NCBI RefSeq assembly: GCF_009914755.1
Contig: NC_060931.1
Strand: one strand, 5' to 3'
From: the human T2T-CHM13v2.0 reference genome, Homo sapiens
Length of the DNA stretch: 64,000 bases
Part shown: positions 13,961 through 29,980 of the stretch, piece by piece
Position numbering within the stretch: position 1 is the stretch's first letter
How the letters are laid out: every line of letters starts with the position of its first letter
Position numbers and translations under genes: made by a program
The notes under the pieces: generated by a model
Seen by the model: the letters and a program-made list of their open reading frames with translations, nothing else
The model's database searches: none
Told to the model about the DNA's origin: nothing

Positions 13961-16900
13961 AAAATTTTGTTTTTAAATTTTTAATTTTTAATTTTGTGCA
14001 GACATCATAGGTGTATATATTTATGGAGTACATGAGATGTTTTGATCAAAGCCTGTAATGTATAATAATCACATAATGGAAGACGGGGTATGCATCCCCT
14101 CAAGCATTTATCCTTTGTGTTACAAACAATCCAATTATAATCTTTTAGTGATTTTAAAATGTACAATTAATTTCTTATTGACTATAGTTACCTAGTTTTG
14201 TTATCAAATACTAGGATTTATTTATTCATTCAAACTAGTTTTGTTCCTATTAATCACCCCCACGTCCCCCAACCCCACGCAACTACCCTTCATATACTGT
14301 GGTAATCATCCTTCTACTATCTATCTCTATGAGTTCTATTGATTTTTATATCTCACAAATAAATGAGAACATGTGATGTTTGTCTTTCTGTGCCTGGCTT
14401 ATTTCACTTAACATAATGACCTCCAGTTCCATTTATGTTGTTGGTGATGACTGAATCTCTTGCTTTTTTATGGCTGAATAGTACTCCATTGTGTATATAT
14501 ACCATATTTAATTTATTTATTCATCTGTTGATGAACACTTAGGTTGCTTCCAAATATTCGTTATTGTGAACAGAACTGTAGCAAATATGAGCATGCAGAT
14601 ATTTCTTCAATGAGCATTTGTTATTGCCTGTCTTTGGAGATAAGCCATTTTAACTGTGGTGGTGTGATGTCTCCTGGTAGTTTTGATTTGCATTTCTCTG
14701 ATGATGAATAATGTGGAGCACCTTTTCAAATGCCTTCTTGCCATCTGTATGTCATCTTTTGAGAAATGTTTATTCAAATATTTTGCCCATTTTTGATCAG
14801 ATTATTAGATTTTTTCCTACACAGTATTTGAGCCTCTTATGTGTTATGTTTATTAATCTCAGACACTCTGACAAGAGTGTCAAATGGGTAGTTTGCAAGT
14901 ATTTTCTCCCATTCTGTGGGTTTTCTCTTCATTTTGTTGATTGTTTCCTTTGCTGTGCATAGGCTTTTTAACTTGATATGATCCTATTTATCCATTTTTG
15001 CTTTGGTTGCCTCTGCTTATGTGGTATTACTCAAAAAATCTTTGCCCAAGGCAATGTCCTAGAGATTTTTCCAAATGTTTTCTTGTGGTAATTTCACAGT
15101 TTGAGGTTTTAGGTTTAATTCTTTAGTCTATTTTGATTTTTGCATATGGTGGGAGATACATTTCATTCTGTATATAAATATCCAGTTTTCCCAGCACTAC
15201 TTATTGAAAAAAATGTCTTTTTTTCCAGTGTATGTTCTTGGCACCTTTATCAAAAGTGAGTTTATTGTAGGTGTGTGAATTTGTATCTGCATTCTCTATT
15301 CTGTTCCATTGGTCTATTTGTCTGTTTTTATGCCAGAACTATGCTGTTTGGGTTATTATAGCTCTGTAATGTAATTTGAAGTCAGGCAATGTGATTCTTC
15401 CAGTTTTGTTCTTTTTGCCCAGAATAGCTTTGGCTATTCTGGGTCTTTTGTGATTCCATATAAATTTGAGAATTTTTTTCCTATTTCTGTGAAGAAAGTC
15501 ATTGGTATTTGCATAGAGATTGCATTGAAGCTGTAGATTGCCTTGGGTAATTTGGACATTTTAACAATATTGATTCTTCCAATCCATGCCCTTGGGATAT
15601 CTTTTCATTTTTTTTTTTTGGTCTCCTCTTCAATTTCTTTCATAAATGTTTTATAGTTTTTATTATAGAGATCTTCCACTTCTTTGGTTAATTTGAAGGT
15701 ATTTAATTTTATTTGTGGCTATTGAAAATGGACTACATTGTGATTTCTTTTTCAGTTTGTTCATTGATGGCATATAGAAACTCTATTGATTTTTGCATGT
15801 TGATTTTGTCTCCTGAAACTTTGCTAAATTTGTTTATCAATTCTAATCGTTTTTTTGTGCAATCTTTAGGTTTGTTCAAATGTAAAATCATATCATCTGT
15901 AAACAAGGATAATTTTACTTCTTTTCCATCTTGGATGCCCTTTTATGTTGCTCTTGCCTGATTACTCCAGCTAGGACTTTCAGTACTATGTTGCATTATA
16001 CTGGTGAAAGTGGGCATCCTTGTCACGATCCAGATTTAAAGGGAAGTATTTCATTTTTTCCCCGTTCAGTATGATAATACCTGTGTGTCTGTTTGGATTT
16101 TATTGTGTTGAGGTATGTTCCTTCTATTTCCAGTTTTTTGAAGTTTTTTTTTTTTTTATCACGAAGGAATGTTGAATTTTAGCAAATGCTTCCTTTTTTA
16201 GCATCAATTGGAATGATTTCATGTTTTTTTTTTCCTTTATTCTGTTGATGATAGACCACATTGATTGATTTGTGTATGTTGAACCCTATTTGCATTTCAG
16301 GGATAAATCCTACTTGGTCATGACGAAGGATCTTTTAAATGTATTGTTGAATTTGTTTATTAACATTTTGCTGATGATTTTTGCATCAATATTCATTAGG
16401 GACATTGGTCTGTTTTTTTGTTTTTTTTTTTTTTGTGGGTTTTTGCTTGGTTTTGATATCAGAGTAATATCAGCCTTGTAGAATAAAATTCTATGTGTTC
16501 TCTCCTCGTCTAAATTTTGAAATACTTTTAGTCTGGTTGGTATTAGTTCTCCTTTCAGTGTTTAGTTGAATTCAGCAGTGAAGTCCCTGGGTCCCAAGCT
16601 TTTCTTTACTGGGAGACTTTTTATTACAGCTTGGTCCCATTACTTGTTATTGGTTGGTTCACATTTTGGATTTCTTTGTGGTTCAATCTTTGTAGTTTGC
16701 ATGTGTTTAGGAATTTGTTCATTTTTTCTAGATATTCCAGTTTATTGGTTTATAGTTGCTCATAGTAGCCACTAATGATCTATTAAATTTTGCAGAATCA
16801 GTTGTAATTTCTTCTTTTTTTTAATCTCTGATTTTATTTATTTGGGTTTTCTCTCTTTTTTCCTTAGCCTGGCTAAAGGTTTGTTAATTTTGTTAACTTA

Positions 16901-19900
16901 TCAAAAAAACAACTTTTTGTTTCATTGATCTTTTGTGTTGTTTTCTTCATTTCAATTTCATTTATTTCTGCTTTGATATTCATAATTTATTTCTTCTACT
17001 AATTTTGGGTTTGTTTTGCTCATGCTTTTCCAGTTCTTTAGGATACACTGTTAGGTTGTTTATTTGAAGTTTTTCTTATTTTTTGATGTAGGCCCTGATA
17101 GCTATAAACTTCCCTCTTAGTACTACTTTTGCTATATTCCATAGGTTTTGGTATGTTATATTTCCATTATCATTTGTTTCAGGAAATTTTTTAATTGACT
17201 TCTTAATTTCTTCATTGACCCACTGGTCATTCAGGAGCATATTATTTAATTTCTATCTATTTGTGTAGTTTCCAAAATTCCTCATTATTAATTCCTAGTT
17301 TTATTCCATTGTTGTCAGAGAAGATGCTTTTATATTTCAATTTTTTTGAATGTTTAAGACTTGTTTTGTAACCTAACGTATGGTGTATCCTTGAGAATGA
17401 TTCACATGCTGAGGAAAAGAATGTGTATTCAGCAGCCCTTGGATGAAATGTTCTGTACATAACTGTTAGGTCCATTTGGTCTACAGTACAGATTAAATCT
17501 GATGTTTCTTTGTTGATTTTCTGGCTGGAAGATATGCCCTATAATAAAAGTGGGGCATTGACATCTCCAGCTATTATTGTTTTAGAGTTGATCATTCTCT
17601 TTAGCTCTAATAATATATGCTTTATATATCTGGGTGCTCCAGGGTCAGGTGCATACATATTTACAATTGTTATATCCTCTTGCTGAATTGACCACTTTAT
17701 CATTACATCATGGTCTTCTTTCTCTCTTCTTATAGTTTTTGTCTTGAAATCTATTTTTTCTGATATAAATATAGCTACTCCTGCTCTTTTATGGTTACCA
17801 TTGGCATGGAATATCCTTTTCCATCCCTTTATTTTCAGTCTATGTGTGTCTTTATAGGTGAAATGTATTTCTTGTAGGCAACAGATCAGTGGGTCCTGCT
17901 TTTTTTTTAAATCTATTCAGACACTCTATGTCTTTTTATTGGACAGTTTAGTTCATTTAAAGGCAGTGTTACTATTGATAAGTAAGGACTTACTCCTGCC
18001 TTTATGTTATTTGTTTTCTGGTCTTCTCTCCTTTCTTTCATTCATTCCTGCCTTCATTTCAGTAAAGGTGATTTTCTGTCATAATATGATTTAGTTTCTT
18101 GCTTTTCACTTTTTGTATGTTAATTGTACATTTTTTTGGTTTGAGGTTACCATGAGGCTATATCTGCTTTAGGAGACACTGTAAGCCAAGTAATACTGTG
18201 GTTCTTGCAGACTTGTAGAGGTACCACCCTGATAAGTCTTGGAGAACATCTGAAAGAATTCTCTGGATTATCAGACAAAGACTCTTGCTCTTTTCCCCTA
18301 TTTTCTCCAAAACGAACAGAGTATCTCTCTTTGTTCTGAACCACCTGAACTTGAGAGTGGAGTGATTCAACCACCCTTGTGGCTGCCATGACTAGGACTG
18401 TACTGTGTCAGACCTGAATCAGCACATGACTGGGTCTCACCCAAGGCTTGCTGGAACCATTTCGTGGCTACTGCCTTTGTTCCTTTAAGTTTCTGGAGCT
18501 CTGAAATCATCAGGTGGCAAAGCCAGCCAGGGCTGTGTCCTTTCCTTCAGGGCAATGACTTTCCCTGGGCCCTGGATGGGTCCAGAGGTGCCATCCAGGA
18601 GCCAGGGACTTGAGTCAAAAGCTTTAGAAGTCTACTGGGTGTTCTATTATACTGAGGCTGAGCTGGCACTCAAAGCCCTAAGATGCATTCTTTCCACTTT
18701 TCTTCCACTTTCCAAAGGCAGAGATGCCTCACCCCTTGGCCACTGCTACCACAGGCCCTTGGGAGTACGGCGAGACTACCACCAATGTTCTCTTAACGAC
18801 CAAGGTCCTGTAAGGCAGCTGGTAGTGAATGTTGCCTGGGATGGGACTCATCCTTCCAGGAACTGAGATCTTCTTTGACCTACAGCAGGCCTAAGAACGC
18901 TGTCCAAGAACTAAGTCCTGGAATCAGGACCCCAATAGCCCACTTGATGCTCTACCCACCTGTGGCTGAGCTGGTACCTACTGTGCAAGAAAAAGTCCCC
19001 TTTACTTTTACATCTGCTTTTCTTAAACAGAAGGGATCTTGCCCCTTAGCCACCACAGCTGAGAATGCACTGAGTCTCTCCTAAAACCAGCAAGTCTCAG
19101 AGTGTCACCCAAAGTCCAGAATGTCCTACGTGGGTATCATTGATGGTTATTCAGGGCCCAGGGACTCTTCAGTTAGCAGGTGAGGAATCTTTCCAGGACT
19201 GGGTCTTTTTCTTCAAGGCAATGTGTTCCCTTCTAGCCCATGGTGTGCCTAAAAATATCATCAGGGAGCTAGGGGCTAAAAAGGGGGCCTCATGACTCTG
19301 ACTGGTTTACTATCATGCTGTGGCTGAGGTGGTATCCAAGATTCAAGACAAAGTCCTCTCCACTCTTCTCTCTCTTCTTCTCAAGTGTTAGGAAGGGGTC
19401 TCTTTTGGAGCCATGAGCTATGAAGCCTGGGGTTAGGAGAGGGGTGATGCCAGCATTCCCTCAGCTGTCCTGGCCAGTTCTCAGTAAATCTATTCCCAGT
19501 TCCTCCCCTGTGCCCCACAAGCCCACTGTCTCTGGGCCCAGTTCAGCACTAGGACTCATTTCACCTAGGAGTTGCAGTACTTGTGGCCTTAACTATCTTT
19601 CAAGTTCATTTGAAACCCCAGAGACCTTTAGCCTGCAGTGGTGAGGCATGCACTGGGATCTGTGATTCCCTTCTGGCTAGTGCTGTTGTAAATGTTCCCT
19701 CCGTGAGTGGGCATCAGCTGAGTTTGGTCCAGTTTTCCTTTCTGCTATAACAAAGCAGCACTGAGTTTAATGCCTCACAGTTGCTGCACTCTCCCTCTCT
19801 CCAACACACAGAATCACTCTCTGCACCACACCCCCACTGCCAGGGGATAGGGCAGGGGTAGATTTAGCCAGTTAAGACTGTTTTTCATACATTTCAGTGC

Positions 19901-20061
19901 CTCTTTCAGAGACATAAAATTGAAACCAGGTACTGTGAGTGCGCACCTTATTTTTGGTTCTTATAAAGGTGCTTTCTTTGTGTAGATAGTTGTTAAGTTG
20001 GTGTTCTTGTGAGGGGATGATCAGTGGAACCACCTACCCCACCATCTTGCTCCACCCCTCC
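13961..20061 (-). mobile_element. L1MA1/2-like LINE with 5'UTR, ORF1 region largely deleted
   Basis: MA2-type 3'UTR (cccctcaagcatttatcctttgtgttacaaacaatcc), decayed ORF2, ~1.9 kb 5' region ending ccatcttgctccacccctcc; TSD ctttgctca/ctttgccca. Confidence 0.85.
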
Positions 20062-20733
20062 CTTTGCCCAAATAATAATAAAATAATAAGATTATTTAAT
20101 TTATTTTTTTATTGTCAAGCTTTTTGATTTCGTTGTATATTCTGGATATTAGACCCTTGTCAGATGCATATTTTGCAAGTATTTTCCCCTCACTCTGATG
20201 GTTGTTTGTTCACTCTATTGATTATTCCTTTTGTTGTGCAGAAACTGTTCATTTAATTAAGTCCAATTTGTTTATTTTTGTTTTGTTGCCTGTGCTTTTG
20301 AGGTCTTAGTCATGAATTCTTTACCTAGACCGATGTCCAGGAGAGGTTTCCCTAAGTTTTCTTTTAGTATTTTTATAGTTTCAGTCCTGCATTTAAGCCT
20401 TTCATTCATTTTGAATTGATCTTTGTATATGGTGAGAGAAAAGGATCCAGTTTCATTCTTCTGCATATGATAATTCAATTTTCTCAGCACCATTTATTGA
20501 AAAGGGTGTTCTTTTCTGTGTATATGTTCTTTCAAATTTGTCAAATGTGAGTTGGCTGTAAATATGTGGCTTTATTTCTGAGTTCTGTATTTTGTTCCAC
20601 TGATCTATTTGTCTATTTTTATACCCATACCATGCTTTTTTGGTTATTATAGCCTTGTAGACAATTTGGAATCAGGTAATGCAATGTCTCTGGCTTTGTT
20701 TTAAAGATTTCCATACATTTCGAAGAGACAGAG

Positions 20734-21082
20734 TGTGTTAGTCTGTTCTCACACTGCTGATAAAAGCATACCCAAGACTGAAAAAAAGGCTTAATGGACT
20801 CACAGTTTCATGTGGCTGGGGAGGCTTCACAATCATGGCAGAAAGTGAAAGGTAGGTCTTACATGGCGGCAGGCAAGAGATAAATGAGAGCCAATTGAAA
20901 GGGGGTTCCCCTTATAAAACCATCAGATCTCTTGAGACTTATTCACTCTCCTGAGAACAATATGGGGGTAAACGCCCCCATGATTCAATTGTCTCCCACT
21001 GGGACCCTCCTACAACACATGGGAATTATAGGAGCTACAATTGAAGATGAGATTTGGGTAGGGACACAGCCAAACCATATCA
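20734..21082 (-). mobile_element. THE1B-like solo LTR
   Basis: tgtgttagtctg...cagccaaaccatatca; perfect TSD cagag. Confidence 0.9.
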
Positions 21083-21114
21083 CAGAGAAAGGAAACTTTC
21101 TATAGAAAATATTC

Positions 21115-21460
<346 letters not shown>

Positions 21461-21543
21461 TTAAAAATGAGAGGCTTAATTCTCCTTGCTAAAATTAAGA
21501 GAAAAGATTCCTGTCCACTTCCCATGTTATAAACATATGGCAT

Positions 21544-22097
<554 letters not shown>

Positions 22098-22939
22098 TTA
22101 TTTATAAAATAGGATGAAACCATTATTCTACATTTATGATTAAGAATGCTGATTTCAAAGTAATCTACCCTAAATTGCTTCACAGTGGAGTTTTTATTCA
22201 AGTGAAAGGAATATAGCTAAAGTAGAATGAAAAGGCATTACTTCTGAAGATATTCTAGCATCTATCAACATTATCTACATTCTTGTCAGAATACATACTT
22301 TATGGTTAAGGACTGATCCAGTTTTTGCAATGAAAGATGAGAAAACTTAGATTAATGCTTCCACCTAATAACAGTAACAATTGCTAGAAGAATATTTTTT
22401 AAAAAAATTATTGTATAAACCAATGAGGAATCAGAAAGACAGAAATCCCAAGGCCCAATATACAAATAAAATTATGTTAACATAGACATAATCACTAAAT
22501 CTACTTTTACCTTGGGGGAACTTGCTGATAAAACTTTCTTGAGCTTTTATTTTGTAGCATTACACAGTCAGAAAAAGTTAAGGCCCAGGACTTGGCCAAG
22601 GATGAATTCTATAAGATTCGTTATTCCCAATAAAACTGGAACATCAAAGGTCTAAGTGCATTGAATTATGGTATACTAGACTTTATCCCACTCTATTCCC
22701 AGATCATCCCTAATCTCCAGGGGTGTCAGAAAAGGCTGCCATGGCTCTGAGCAGGACAGTAGAATAAAATGGAAATGGGAAATGAAGATTTTTGGTCAAG
22801 GAACTGCCTTTATATGGATTTGTTCTGTCAGTATGCTTAGGTTGGGGTAACCAAGGATATCTCAAAATATGGACTTTATTTGAAGAGATCCCTGACTTGT
22901 AGTGACTCCTTGCATCTTGCAAAAAGCATATGTAAAATG

Positions 22940-24140
22940 TTTTTGAAATAGGGCTTATTAATATTTTTATTGGTTTTGGAGTCAAAGTTATGAATTAACT
23001 TGGTAGGAAAGACATCGTGTGTTGACTTCCTAAAAAAATTGTATGATTTTCGTTTGTTCAAATATTCTTTTTAGTTTTTAGTAGTGTTTAAAATTTTTCT
23101 TCATAGATATTCCTTGTTGTTTATTCCTAGATATTTTAAGTTTTTTGTTGTTACTGTAAACAACCTTTTCTCACTTTCTATCTTCTGGACTTTATACATG
23201 TATATGTAAAATAGCCTATATATAATAGCCTATATATGCACATATAAGCTGTATATGCCATATATGTATATATAGGCTATTATTTTATTCAGAAAATTTA
23301 AGTTAGCTGGGAATGGGGGCTTGTGCCTGTAGTTCCAGCTACTTACTTGGGAGGCTGAGTTAGGAGGATTGCTTGAGCCCAGGAAGTCAAGGCAGCAGTG
23401 AGGCTACTATTTTACAGCCTATATATACATATATAACATATATATATATATATACATATATTGCTATATATAGCCTATATATAATATATAAGCTATATAT
23501 GCTATATATGTATATATATAGGCTATTATTTCTACATGTAAATTTTATAACTTACTGTATTCTTTTATTTTTAGTAATGATTTTTCAGTATGTTCTTGTC
23601 TTTGCTAGGTCATAGTCATAATTTTGAACTAGATTATTTGAATTGACTTTTGTTTCCAATGATATTGGTTTATACATACAGTGCTATGTTAAATACTATA
23701 GGTGGTAACAAGTATTCTTTTTTTTCTATTTTGATGAAAATTTGTCTAGTATTTATATATATAGATATATGAAATATTCTATAAAATTATATTTGACACA
23801 AAAATATGAATAATTTTAAAGTACCCAGTTTTCCTACATCTTTGAGTAATTTCTGTGAAGAATAAATTTTCATTTTTTTCAAATTTCTTTTCAGTATCTA
23901 TGAAGATAATCATATAACCTTTTCATTAGCTCTATTAATTAGGAAAATCTTAGTTTTACATCTCCTAATATTAATACATCCTTGCAATCTGGATGAAGAT
24001 TCATAATTTTATTATGTTAAATTGCTACAAATTTTTGTTTAGAAAGATTTTATTTAGTATTTTTACATCAATATTTATAAGTATAATTGATTTATCCCTT
24101 TTTGGGTATGTGAGAACTCTACCTAAATTTTAGTAATTAT
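22940..24140 (-). mobile_element. Ancient L1ME/L1M5 ORF2 fragment interrupted by an AT-rich repeat
   Basis: Antisense ORF2-like motifs (ttattcctagatatttt, tttcagtatctatgaagataatcatat). Confidence 0.55.
23190..23540. repeat. Complex (TA)-rich quasi-palindromic repeat containing an Alu-derived insert (23290-23401)
   Basis: Repeated tagcctatata / tatataggcta motifs in both orientations. Confidence 0.85.
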
Positions 24141-24683
24141 AAAATAACAACCAACCAAAAACATACGTGCACAACCACACCTGTTTGGAAAATAATTCAA
24201 AAATTTAATTGATTAGTTATGGGCACAGAAGTGGAACAGAGTGAAGCTATTTTACCTTAATACTTAATATTATTTGGGAGGGATTATGAAAAGGGGGCTC
24301 AAGGACTACTTTCGGGTGGGTGGCAAGGAGCTGAATAGGAATTTGTAATTTGCAGAAGAGAGGAAGAGAAGAGAAGACAAGAGAGTGACATGATCTAATG
24401 AGTTCATGGATGCCTAAACCTGAAGGAGAGTTCTGAGAGGGTGTCTGTGTGATAAACTTGTGAGAACTGAGATACCTAATATAGTTGTAGAATGATCTAA
24501 TTCCCCTGACACAGCGCGTTGTCCTCCTTCTTCCATGGTGCCTAACCTTTCTTAATCTGCCAACGTAATAGCCTTGAGTTAGTTATGTGAGCAACTAAGG
24601 GCAGGGGAAGTAGAGAGAAATGCAGTACCCTTCACTGGTCCCACTTTGGTAGAAGTATCATCTTGTAGAAGAATCCCAGAACA

Positions 24684-25177
<494 letters not shown>

Positions 25178-25541
25178 TCAAGTCTTCCCTTGCATAGCAT
25201 TTAAAATCTGAATGTCAAATTCATATGCATAATTTAATTTGAACTTTACAGGAATTTGGTGTGATATAGGTAGAGCAAGCCATATTACTAGTCTCTCAAT
25301 GAATGAGATTACAGTGTGAAAGGTCATGTTCTTAGTCCAAGTTCATACAGCTAATAAGAGGTCGAATCAGGCTTACACCTAGGTTTCCTGAAACTTTTTC
25401 AGTTTATTTTTCATAATAATTCAAACACATATAAACCACATATGCCTAAAAGAACACGTCTGCAGTCACCTTTGCTTCCAACCTGAAATGGGATGTGTTT
25501 GGCAGTATTTGGCTTTCATTGACTTGATGTGATTCTTCAAG

Positions 25542-25689
25542 ACCTTCCTAGTGGTGACCGAGCAGTGCCAGCTGAACACCCAAATTAAGAAGAGGAATTG
25601 AGCCACCAAAAAAGAAGTTGAATCTTGATTTACTAAAACTCCGACTACACTTAAGATGCCATTTCTGTGCACATCGGATATCTCTCAAG
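25542..25689 (+). pseudogene. Laminin beta-like exon remnant (domain I)
   Basis: ttcttcaAG|acc...caag|GTattt; EQCQLNTQIKKRN*ATKKEVES*FTKT...FLCTSD, cf. LAMB1 KTNATKEKMD and LAMB3 SQIQSSAQ...RRT...FLTDPD; ends in phase 1. Confidence 0.45.
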
Positions 25690-26130
25690 GTATTTTCAAC
25701 TGCAATCAAAATATGTAGGTGTGTTTTCTTGCTTTGAAAAACGATGACTCTGCTAAAAGTAATTCAGTAAAGATCTCTAATCATGGCCAGTTTGACCGAT
25801 ATAAATCAAAATAAACTTCTTTTAGAGGAAGTAAGTTGCTCAATGATTCAGTAAGCTGATCTTTGAAATGTGCTTCTAGTAGTCTATGAATATGATGCTA
25901 TGCCTGGATGACACCTTAGATTTCCACTTGGCCGCTTGCAAAGATTAATGACCGGTGTCGCAGACAAGAAAAACTGTACAGATTCTAGATAAATGCATAG
26001 CACATCTTATAGTCTCCCTAAATAGCACTTAAGGTTTTTTTCCTTCTTGTGTGAAAGCTATATTTTTACTCCTACCAATAAATGAGAGCATATTTTAGAC
26101 TTCTAAAGGGTATTAAGAAAAATATACTGT

Positions 26131-26446
<316 letters not shown>

Positions 26447-26561
26447 CTATATTTTGTCTCAGTAAACCCCAATCCCCGTGCCTTTTATTACAAGTAGGGT
26501 CACCATCTTGCATTTCAAATTGTTTGACCCTGTACCATGGGATATATTTGACAAATGTACT

Positions 26562-26706
26562 CTTTTTTTTTTTTTTTGCAATGAATTTTTTTATTATACT
26601 TTAAGTTTTAGGGTACACGTGCACAACGTGCAGGTTAGTTACATATGTATACATGTGCCATGTTGGTTTGCTGCACCCAGTAACTCATCATTTAACATTA
26701 GGTATA
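26562..26706 (-). mobile_element. Very short L1PA 3' fragment
   Basis: ttattatactttaagttttagggtac...ttaggtata; TSD gtactct. Confidence 0.9.
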
Positions 26707-27428
26707 AGTACTCTGAACACATTTTTCAGAAACAATTCCAGAATATAAATCTTAAACTTGCTGATTGCAGAGGAATAAAACTATTTAAAACTTTTAAGGC
26801 ATTGTGAAGACTAAGTGCCATTCTATGAAACATAACAGTATTTTTACCGCTGTACTTTTAGGAATTATGTATTTTAAGCTGAAAAGGCAAAGTACTTTTA
26901 TGTAATCTGACCCTCAATTGCTAGCTCCAGGAGACTAGCTATGATTAAAATTATTTTCTACTGATTTTATTTATTGGACTATAGTGGGCATAATCTATGT
27001 GAATTTTAATAAAATGCTGATAATGATATGGCCAGTCCAAGTGATACAACCTAATTCTGCTTGTGACAATATGTGAACCATTTATAAGGTTGACAAAATG
27101 TGGGATCTACAGAATATAATTTCCTTCTGTACACAGCCAAACTAAACTACTGCATGCTAATGAACCTTACACTAAGGAAGTCCAGATGGCTGAAATAATA
27201 GTTTCATTTATGCAGAGAAATAGGGAGATTTTAAATTGGCTGTCTTTGTTAAATCTGAATTAACTTTTCTTTATAAGGGAATTTTCACCCCAATTAAATA
27301 AACTCTATATTGTAGTTGATTACTTAAAAATCAACTCCAATTGTTGCTAATTGTAAGAAAATATTTTTAAATTAAATACCTGCTCTAACAAATATAATTG
27401 ATCATTTTAAAGTATTTTTTAGTTTTTA

Positions 27429-27811
<383 letters not shown>

Positions 27812-28236
27812 AGAAAATAGGGCATTTTACATTTGGGTTCAATTAATGGTGTGGAGTGGATAAAATGGGGAAGACTAGTGCTCAAAGATCACGTATGCCA
27901 AAATGTAGAAGTAGCTTCACTTTTGAAACGCAATCCTTTTATTTTTCTTATGCTGCTCCAAAGGAAGCATTCCTTAGGATGATTCATATATTAATAGCTG
28001 TATCTTTTTCAACACAAAACCAGAAATAAATGTGCAGTCTTGAATTATTTTCAGGGTAAAAACCACCAAAATGTTTGTGTGTGTCTGTTGCTTTTCTTTC
28101 TTTCTTTTATTTAATTTGGTAAATTATTGTCTTAAAATGATTTCTTCCTCTCTTTGTGTTAACATTTGTGCTCAAGAAAAGCTAGTGAAAGTCTAACATT
28201 TAAAATAATGCATCATTTAAGTGTATTTGTATTCAG

Positions 28237-28378
28237 ATAACTGTCAAATGAAGAAACACAAAAACTCTTTACAAAGGATTAGAAGATGGATTTTGGTTAT
28301 AAGGAAGTTTCATAATTGAGAAAGAAGACAGTAGAAGATGTCTATGTCAAATTTATAAAGGTCAATTTATATAAACAA
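28237..28378 (+). pseudogene. Laminin beta-like exon remnant
   Basis: tttgtattcAG|at; LSNEETQKLFTKD*KMDF...LRKKTVEDV in register with LAMB1 ADLDSIEAVANEVLKMEM...LQNLTEDI. Confidence 0.4.
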
Positions 28379-28466
28379 GTATTTTGATGTGGAAGAAAAC
28401 ATACTTCCTGTGTCATGGCTTTGGGAGATAAGGTTTGTTTTCTTCACTAACATTTTGAAGAATCAT

Positions 28467-28945
28467 TTTTATTTTATGATTTATTCATTGGCACAAATGT
28501 ATGGGGTACATGATATTTTGTTACATGTACATAATGTGTAGTAGTCGAGTCATGGCATTTAGGGTGTCCATCACCCAAGCATAGTATATTTTTGTTAACT
28601 ATAGTCATCCTGCTCTTTTAGCAAACATTAGATTTATTTCTTCTATCTATTTGTATGTTTGTACCCTTTAACCCACTTCTGCTCGTCCTCTCCACACCCC
28701 CAACTCACCCTTCTCATTCTCTATTATCTATCTTTCTACTCTCTACCTCCATGTGATCCAATTTTTAGGCTCCTACATAAAAGTGAGAACATGTGATATT
28801 TGTCTTTTTGTGCCTGGCTTATTTCACTTAACATAATGACCTCAGGTTCCTTCTATGTTGCTGCAAATAACATGATTTCATTCTTTTTTATGGCTGAGTA
28901 GTATGCCATTTTGTATATATATCAATTTATCCATTCATCTGTTTA
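28467..28945 (-). mobile_element. L1MA3/4-like 3' end
   Basis: gtatggggtacatgatattttgttacatg...aagtgagaacatgtgatatttgtc. Confidence 0.8.
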
Positions 28946-29980
28946 TTTTAATCAAAATAGAAATTTGATTTCTTTTCTGAAAGCAACATTTTAGAATTCT
29001 CTGAATTATTAAGACTTCATTATTGTATTTGTTGTGGTCATTTAATTTAAAGAGACATAAACTTTTATTTCCTACTGTTGTCAATCCCTGCCTACCCTAG
29101 CCCAACTCATTAGCTGGTGGTGAAACCCTCTTCCTAGAGAATTCATCTCTGAGCTTGCCTGAAATTCACCTGCTAGTAGACGCCTATGAACATTACTCAT
29201 GTAACTAGCAGACCAAGTATCAATCTTACCTCCCTAGGACATTTGCTTGATGGAAATCTCTGGACTCCTCTGTACTTTCTGACCTTCAGGAAGGTATCAT
29301 GAGTTTTTCCCAGTTGGGAGGTGCTGCATAGTTTTCTAGAGATTTCTAGTTCCAGGGAAATGGGTTCTACAGTACTTGGCTGGGACCTTGAGAATTATCC
29401 TCATTCTTGAAAACTTCCTTTTCCCAGAGCAGAGCTCTGATATTCTATCCCAGGAGAACTCTGATATTCCATCCTAGCCAGGGCCTAGGATCCTATTTCA
29501 AACTTGGTAGATTGCCTGGAAATCTAACGTCTTCCTCTCCCAGCAACATTTTAAGCATTATTACTGATGACAGATGCTCATAATTATAGTTCAGCCTGAA
29601 GATAGGACTTTTAAAAATATGGTCAACAACCTGTGTTTTTATTTTGCGTTTTGCTTTTGATTTATGATGCAAAGTTGGAAGCATAATGTATACACACAGA
29701 GAGGGCCCACTTTGGCTCTCTCAGATACCATTTCCTTAATACATTGCCATCCACACTAGCATTCCTAATCCTAGAGGAGGAGCAGCTGTAGTGAGCAGAC
29801 TTATAGTTGTAAGATGAAGTGGGCCAGCTGCAGGATGTGCTATCATACTTTGACTATCACACTTTGACTATCCATATCTAAATAGAGAAGCAGTGAAAGA
29901 GAAGAACTAGTAAGTTATCTAAGAGGATTCATGGTCAAACTTTTCCTTTATCTCATTACCTTTGTTCTTTTTCCAAATAG

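Larger units (their letters stand above)
10882..20700 (-). mobile_element. L1PB4-like 5'-truncated LINE in three pieces (10882-11501, 13742-13960, 20071-20700)
   Basis: PB-type 3'UTR (ttacatgcatagattgtgtattggtgaagtc); collinear ORF2 resumes after each nested insertion. Confidence 0.8.
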
